A DNA stretch of 64,000 nucleotides, from NCBI GenBank assembly GCA_012295275.1, contig CM022671.1:15314001-15378000 (forward strand). Reading direction: 5' to 3'. The position numbers and the translations under genes were made by a program. The notes beneath the pieces were generated by a model. That model saw only the letters and a program-made list of their open reading frames with translations, was not told the DNA's origin and ran no database searches. The DNA comes from Chrysomallon squamiferum. Lineage: Eukaryota; Animalia; Mollusca. Below are positions 57,269 through 64,000 of this stretch, piece by piece (the stretch's first letter is position 1; each line of letters begins with the position of its first letter).

Positions 57269-60200
57269 ATTGCACTGATTTGGAATATTCTGTTGACTAT
57301 GTGAATGAATTCTTTTATTTCTATTTTTTTTTTAAATTATCACCCTGTACATGTACAACTAAAAATGTGTGTTTTATGTTTTTATTATTGTTATAATTTT
57401 TATTTAATTATTAATATTATTATTTTTGGTTGTTATGCACAAGATTTCATATCGAAATAAAAAATCTGGCATTGGTTCCACTTCATATTAAACAGCTTCT
57501 GTGTGGTGCACACGAAAATACCTAGATTTTGTCAGATGCTCTTAGTACAATTTGATGTGTGAACAGTCAGACAGCCTAGTAATATTCATGACAGAATGTT
57601 ATGTTTGTGTGTTTGTTACATTATGTACTTGTACATTCTGATGTTGATTCATCTATTCTGTGTGTATGTTGAAAAATAACACAAACTGTCTGTAAACAGT
57701 TCTTTTACTGTGGATATTTACAGACCTTTTTGATTCATATATTTTCATAATATGTAATGAAAATAAAGTGGCATATAATTCATGAAAATGAGAACAAAAC
57801 AAAAACTGTTGTTCTTCGGATTTGTGAATTGAACTATTATTTATAGCAGTGCTGCTTGTAATATGATAATATTGTATATTTACAGTATTAATTTATAAAA
57901 ATAACTGATCCAGTTTCTGTCTGTTACACATAACATATATGAATTAAATCTTGCTGAAATTGGTAAAGTTGTCTTCTGTATTTTGCGTGTAACAAAAATG
58001 ATATATTTTAATTCTTTGAAGAAATCTAACCTTCAGATCAATGAACATTTAAAATTAAAAGTTTTGAAATAATTGTTTTCTCTTTATTTTCTGGAAATTC
58101 ATGATTTAGTTTAATGATTTGTACAGAAACACATGTTTTCCCCCCCCCTCTAATCATAAAGAGTTTTACAATGCAAGTTACAAACATTTTTTTCTTTTCT
58201 TAGTGTTCAAGAAAGCTGCTTCATGGATATTAATAATTGTTATGGAACATCGAGGTCACAACATTCCTTTCAAAGATAAAAAAATAAAGAGGAAAGACAT
58301 CTTTTGTTACTTTGTTATGAGCTTGGCAAATAATTTCTGTGACGTTAACATGTTTTAATATTTTTTAATGCTTTTACTTTCTCTTTTTCTAATTTTTTCC
58401 ATGTATTTGATGTCACAATATATACTACAGAAAATATATGCCAACTTGGAACACTAGCCTTAACCTGTGTTAAGTCTGTCTAATGCTGTTAGTATACTGT
58501 CTCTTTTCATCCCTCAATCAGAATCTTAAATTATAATACTTTTAATTTGCTTTACTGTTAAAATACAGCAGTACTGAAGCATCATAAAGTTTTTAAAATT
58601 TTAATTATTTAAATTTGAAGTTGTGAATAATGTTAAAAATAAAAAAATATTTAACAGCTTTTCCAACCCCTCCCCCACCAAAAAAAAAATCTTTTCATAC
58701 CCATTGTTTAAAAAGGTGAGGTGTGTTCACTTATAATTATCTCTTTGAATCAGTTTAATAATAACAAACCTCACATTGTTATAATGGACAGTAAAACATT
58801 TATTATAACAAAAATATGAGCAATTTTAATTTCTGACAGACTTACTTAATAGCATAATTTGAAAAAATGCTATTATTTGCCAAATGTTTCTTTCACGTAA
58901 TACATTCATAAATAGACATTGCTATCTTTAAAAATGCAGTTACAAAGGAAATCAAACAATACTGAATTTCCATTACACATCTGTTTGTACACACCTTTTT
59001 CTGAGGTTTTGTTAAACACAGAATAGATTGTACATATACAGGTATGTACTTAGCTGCAGAACTGATAATTTATTTTATGTATTATCATAGCCATGGTGAA
59101 TATTATGTAAAATAAATATGTTTTCTTCAATTACAATTTTGTTATGTTTCATTTATTTATTTACATCTTTTAATTTAATTTTTTTTTTTTGTTGTTGTGC
59201 AACAGTCATCATTTAAATGCGAACTTCAAAAATATTACAGATTTCTAAACTAAATGTACTGGCAGCTTTTCTAATAAGGAATTATGAAATATTTGATAAT
59301 TACATGATAGAGATGAAGATGTTCAACACAGCAACTAAACTTAAATTAATAAAATAATATAAAAAATGCATTTAATTCAGGTAATTTATTATTATTTTGT
59401 TACATAAGATGCTGCACAAGATACAGGAGAAAGCATTTTACAGTGGTAAATCAAGTCCTTAATTTTAACTTGTCTAAAATCACATTTTTATCTTTCTTGA
59501 TACTGTTTCTGAGGGAAGACACCAAATATTTGTTTCTGGGACAATAAATGGAACTATTTGTAGATTAATGAAGAGAAGAAAAGAACTTTAATATCTGTAA
59601 CCTGTTCTTGGATGTGATTTTGGTTGGAATGTTATTGACTTTGCTCCAAGTAGGTCAATTGGGACACGACCCTGGTTTAGAGAAAACATTACTTGGATGT
59701 TTTAATTGTGTTTCACAGATATTTAAAAAGTTACTAACCAATGCTGTTAAAAAAACAAAACAAACCCTGTAGCATTAGTTAATATAATAATCCATAGTTG
59801 TGACAGCTGTAACCCGTTTTAAACAACTGGATTCTTTTAAAGTATAGTTTGAATTTTCTTTCAGGTAAGTCATGCTCCGACAGTTCAGCACATTGGCAGG
59901 GTTCAGTACTTGCCTCAAGGCAATAAACTGTGACTGCTACTTAAACAGAAATAAAAATAATCTCAGATGTTATATCGTGGTCAAAAGGGCACATCTTTTT
60001 TTTTATCCTTGCCTATAATTTTTAAACTACTGGTTTTACTCATCACTAACATTAATGTGTCACAAGCAATTTTTTTATTTAATACTGTACAGATCTATTG
60101 TGGCCCAGAACAACTGCCAGACACATTAGTTTTATAACTGACTATAAATATTTTACTGCTGTACAAACTAATTACTCAGCATTAGCTGATCCAGAAAGGA

Positions 60201-61550
60201 TTTTACAGGTTATAGTAAATACCTATGGTATGGATGGTTTCCTAGACTATAATTCTCTGTAACAGTGATGACAAATACATGGTTTAGGTCTAGTTAAAAA
60301 TGTGAAATCTCAAAATATTCACTGTCATGCTACATGACAAATACATTTGCTGATTTGCTATTAACATTTGTTCTTTATAACAAATTGGCCAAATCAGGTT
60401 TCCAGTCATTTTAATCTGAACTATATAGTAAATTATGAAATTGGACTTTTTCATTCACCAGAAACAAAACTGTCGCTTCTTGCAAATAGAGAACATTTTT
60501 ATACTTAAACACTTGTCTTGGTCAGTGGAATATTATTCTATGTATCTTGTACTATCATATTCTCTCAATGACAGTCATTTTCCTACATCAACACACACGT
60601 TCTAAATAAACAGAAGATAGCAAACGGGACCAGTAAAAGAACTGGCAGATGGACAACATAAATAAACATTAGCAGATGAAAAGAAACAAAATGATACAGT
60701 GATTAGCATGCCTGCTGTATATATATAATGTGTGTGTGTGTGTATTGTACTTAAATTTTAGTTTTCATTATTTGCATACAAGGTATTATATTCGGTGCAG
60801 ATAATAATAAAGTGACAGTAAATATTACACAGGCCTTCACATGAATGTATTTGATAGAATTAAAAGAAGTTACATACAGATAGAGAAGAAAACAAAGAAA
60901 GAAAGACACATCTCTGTGGAGATTCTTATAACAATGTTAAAACACTTTTTTAGAGTGTGTGTGGGGTGTGGAAAAAAAATGGTTGCTTTAAAAAATACAG
61001 TTTATTCATTCAGTATTGTTACATTATATTAATATATAGTATCACTCAGCCACTTTGTTTTGCTTAACAAAGTCCAGTATTATATAAGAGTTTAATATTA
61101 CACATATATGTATATATATGTGTGTGTGTATGTGTGTGGGTATGTATGTATGTATGCATATATGTATGCTTGCACACATACATAGATGCATGAGTACATT
61201 CATACAGGTGTACCTAATGTAAACATGCATGCCACAGTTAAAATATCCTCCAGAATGATATCATTATTTCAGTTCAAACGTAGCATAAGATATATTTGTG
61301 TGTGTGTATGTATGTATGTATTTGGAGGGTTGTTTTTGGTTTACACTTATTTTAACTGACTGTTTAATTATGAACTGTCAACAGTTGTTAAAGATGATAT
61401 TAGCTGTGGTTTGATCATTACCTCAAATATTATTCATGCAGGTTTTTTTTTTTTTTATGGGCTTTTTATGTGCAATTATGATGTTTCGTAAGCAGGACTT
61501 CACCAATTACCAATAACTAAATGTTAATAAGCAATTAAAAAAAAATGTAG

Positions 61551-61624
61551 GCGCCATTTGTTCCGGATGCCATTTTTTTTCGGTGCCTTTTTTTCGGTGC
61601 CATTTTTTTAGTGCCATTTTTTCC
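61551..61624. repeat. ~15-bp tandem repeat (GTGCCATTTTTTTCG-like, ~5 copies), probably transposon-derived
   Basis: GCGCCATTTGTTCCG GATGCCATTTTTTTTCG GTGCCTTTTTTTCG GTGCCATTTTTTTA GTGCCATTTTTTCC. Confidence 0.75.
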
Positions 61625-62990
61625 ACAGCACTCACGTGAGTCGGTATCGGCGATAGGTGCTTACCAAAAATGATACTCAGGACAATTTCAGTTCCAGAAG
61701 ATAGATTTGAGCTCTATTCTCAAACAAGAGAGTACTTTTCATAATAATAGTAAGAATGTTTGAAATAATTACTATTTAATAAACAAAGCTTTTCCAGTTT
61801 TGATTTTTTTTTTTTTTTTTTTTTTTTTTATTAAAAGAGCAGGAAACTAAAGTTTGTAAATTTCAATATTATCCCCAGACTTTCCCAAGTCAATTAAGTG
61901 TTAACAAAAAGCGGAGAATTTTCGCTTGTCTCGTGCGAAAATATTTAGGCCTAAGTGTTTTTAGTGTCATATGGATAACAATGTAATTATGTAATTTTAC
62001 AGGTGAAAAGATAACAAAAACGTAGCATTGTTTAACGTGAAGAAGCGCGCATCAATCGACTATGTTGATTTCTTCTGGAAACATTTTTGACGTCACACTG
62101 CAGTATGCTCCGACCACAGTCGCTATTTTTAGAGATACCTGAGCAGGTCACAGTTTGTGAAATACCTAGTAACTACCTTAGCACATCCATATTTGCGGTA
62201 AATGGATATTCTGCCATGTCACCGGAAAAAATATTTCATTCTGAATATCTAAATTTAGAAATGAAGAATCCTTCACTTAATTTAATAAGACAGGATTGCT
62301 TGCGTATTCATTGTTTATAAAATGATGGCAGACATCTTTGCACTTAGTGTCGTATTTTACTATTTAGCATTTTAATCCAACACATACGATTGTTTTTAAA
62401 TAATAAATGTTCATTCAAATAATTCATCTATGAGTTGAAAATTAGTTTTATTATTTATTTCTGGCATTTAAAAATTTTAACATATGTGAAAATAAGTGCG
62501 AATGAAAAACATATTAAAATAAAACAAAACTTAGTAAAAGTTACTGGTAATATTCCGGTTTAGTTCTACCCTTTGTTAACAGAAGTGTTGCTCACAGTCA
62601 ACCACACCCTTTGAAATAAATAAATTAAAAAGAAAAATATATATAGCGATTGTGTTAACGCTGAACGAAAAGAAAAGCAGTCTTACGTAAGCAGAGACAC
62701 ACCCACTCACACACCCACGATAATCTGGTTTCTAAAATACATCATAACTCCTCAGTCTTCGCATTTAATTTATGACAAGTTCATCATTCACAAATGTAGA
62801 CTCGTATATGTTCAAAAATAGCTGCTGGCACGATTACCTTTTATTCGGTTATATGTATCGTTTTCATTCACGGCATTATAGTATTATAATGGCTTTCTGT
62901 CACAAAAGGCGCAATGAATGTCTGCGCATTGACCGTATTGATTCCGCAAGAGCAAAACTTTACTGTTAGCGCAGTAGCATAGATATGTCG

Positions 62991-62993
<3 letters not shown>

Positions 62994-63072
<79 letters not shown>
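62994..63072. repeat. (GA)n microsatellite
   Basis: Direct reading. Confidence 0.97.
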
Positions 63073-63074
<2 letters not shown>

Positions 63075-63580
63075 AGTTTTAAAGTTATAATATTTTTTAG
63101 CTTAAATATAATTAAACTGAACATGGCCCTGACATCTGTACAGTGCTTCCAGATTTTAACCTTGTTAACAATTTTGATACGTTTTCACTGTATTTCTTAC
63201 ATGATTTTCAGCTAGTGTTAAAAAGGATGCTGTTGAAAGATATCATGCAGATGGTAATTTTAGTAAATGTTTATCAACGTTTCTCTTGTATCATGTTACT
63301 CTCTATATTCAATATGTCTGTCATGAGACACAAAATGCGTGCTCTCTCGAACGAAAATTTGCTTTAGAAACACAATGATAGTCACGTGATTGCCTCAAAG
63401 CAAACTGGTTTTTAAACAAAGTTCGGGTGACCTAGTTGGTACTTAACAACTTCACACTGCAACACGACATATAATTATTATTGTTAGACTGTCTTCTTCT
63501 TTTTCTCTTTTTTTAAACAAAAATCCAGTTTTTCGCCTATAATTCACTCAACGAAGATTTATTAACTTAAAGTTTCAGAA

Positions 63581-63655
63581 TTATTATTGTTATTGTTATT
63601 ATTAGTATTAGTAGTAGTAGTAGTAATAGTAGCAGCAGCAGTAGTAGTAGTAGTA
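63581..63655. repeat. Compound trinucleotide repeat (TAT/TAG/CAG/TAG)
   Basis: Direct reading. Confidence 0.85.
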
Positions 63656-64000
63656 TTTAAGTTTTACCAAAATAATATATTGTTATAACTTTGTAATTTA
63701 AAAGAAAAACAAATAACTGAAACTCATTTTTTTTTTTTTTTTTTTTTCTTCTTCGTCTTTCTGTTACGGTTGTTGTTATTCTTATGGCTTAAATTTTTGT
63801 TGTAATTGGTATACTTTTTATAGACATAAATTTAAAATTTTGTCGATTTGTTATTCATAATACGTGAAAACTACGTTAATGTAAACTCAAACTGACATAC
63901 GTAACACCCATTTCGGAACGGCTTGTGTTACGTGTATTGAATGCTTGAGTGGTTTGCAGATAACATTGTTGGCGTTTGTCCCTAGGCTATCAAATTGCTA

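Noticed and set aside
62985-63215. MSTERERER... ORF and similar HT/CV/YI-repeat ORFs (125-316, 3755-3940, 8023-8205, 40960-41170, 61042-61230)
   Set aside because: Translations of dinucleotide microsatellites.

Overview
This is AT-rich, microsatellite-laden eukaryotic (metazoan) genomic DNA with spliceosomal introns. An invertebrate origin, possibly molluscan, is my inference only. I reconstructed four multi-exon genes by hand, with consistent splice phases. (1) A nischarin orthologue (PX-LRR, 17 coding exons, minus, 34866->22348, about 1415 aa). (2) An unrecognised 9-exon coiled-coil protein gene (minus, 42461->37231, about 364 aa). (3) SLC35E3 (6 exons, plus, 44561->48322, 306 aa), head-to-head with gene 2. 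(4) UBE2N/Ubc13 (5 exons, plus, 52735->57268, 150 aa). The first ~20 kb and last ~6 kb contain no recognisable coding exons. CpG-rich patches at ~18.4-20.3 kb and ~61.5-64 kb look like promoters of further genes. The most notable observations are an AT-AG minor-spliceosome intron in SLC35E3, a 37-bp minisatellite that quadruplicates a nischarin splice acceptor, an open read-through that could give a short nischarin isoform with a hydrophobic tail, interleaved inverted repeats, a template-switch duplication and palindromic microsatellites. I found no prokaryote-type system (CRISPR etc.) and no clearly novel multi-gene system. Almost all short ORFs in the supplied track are noise.
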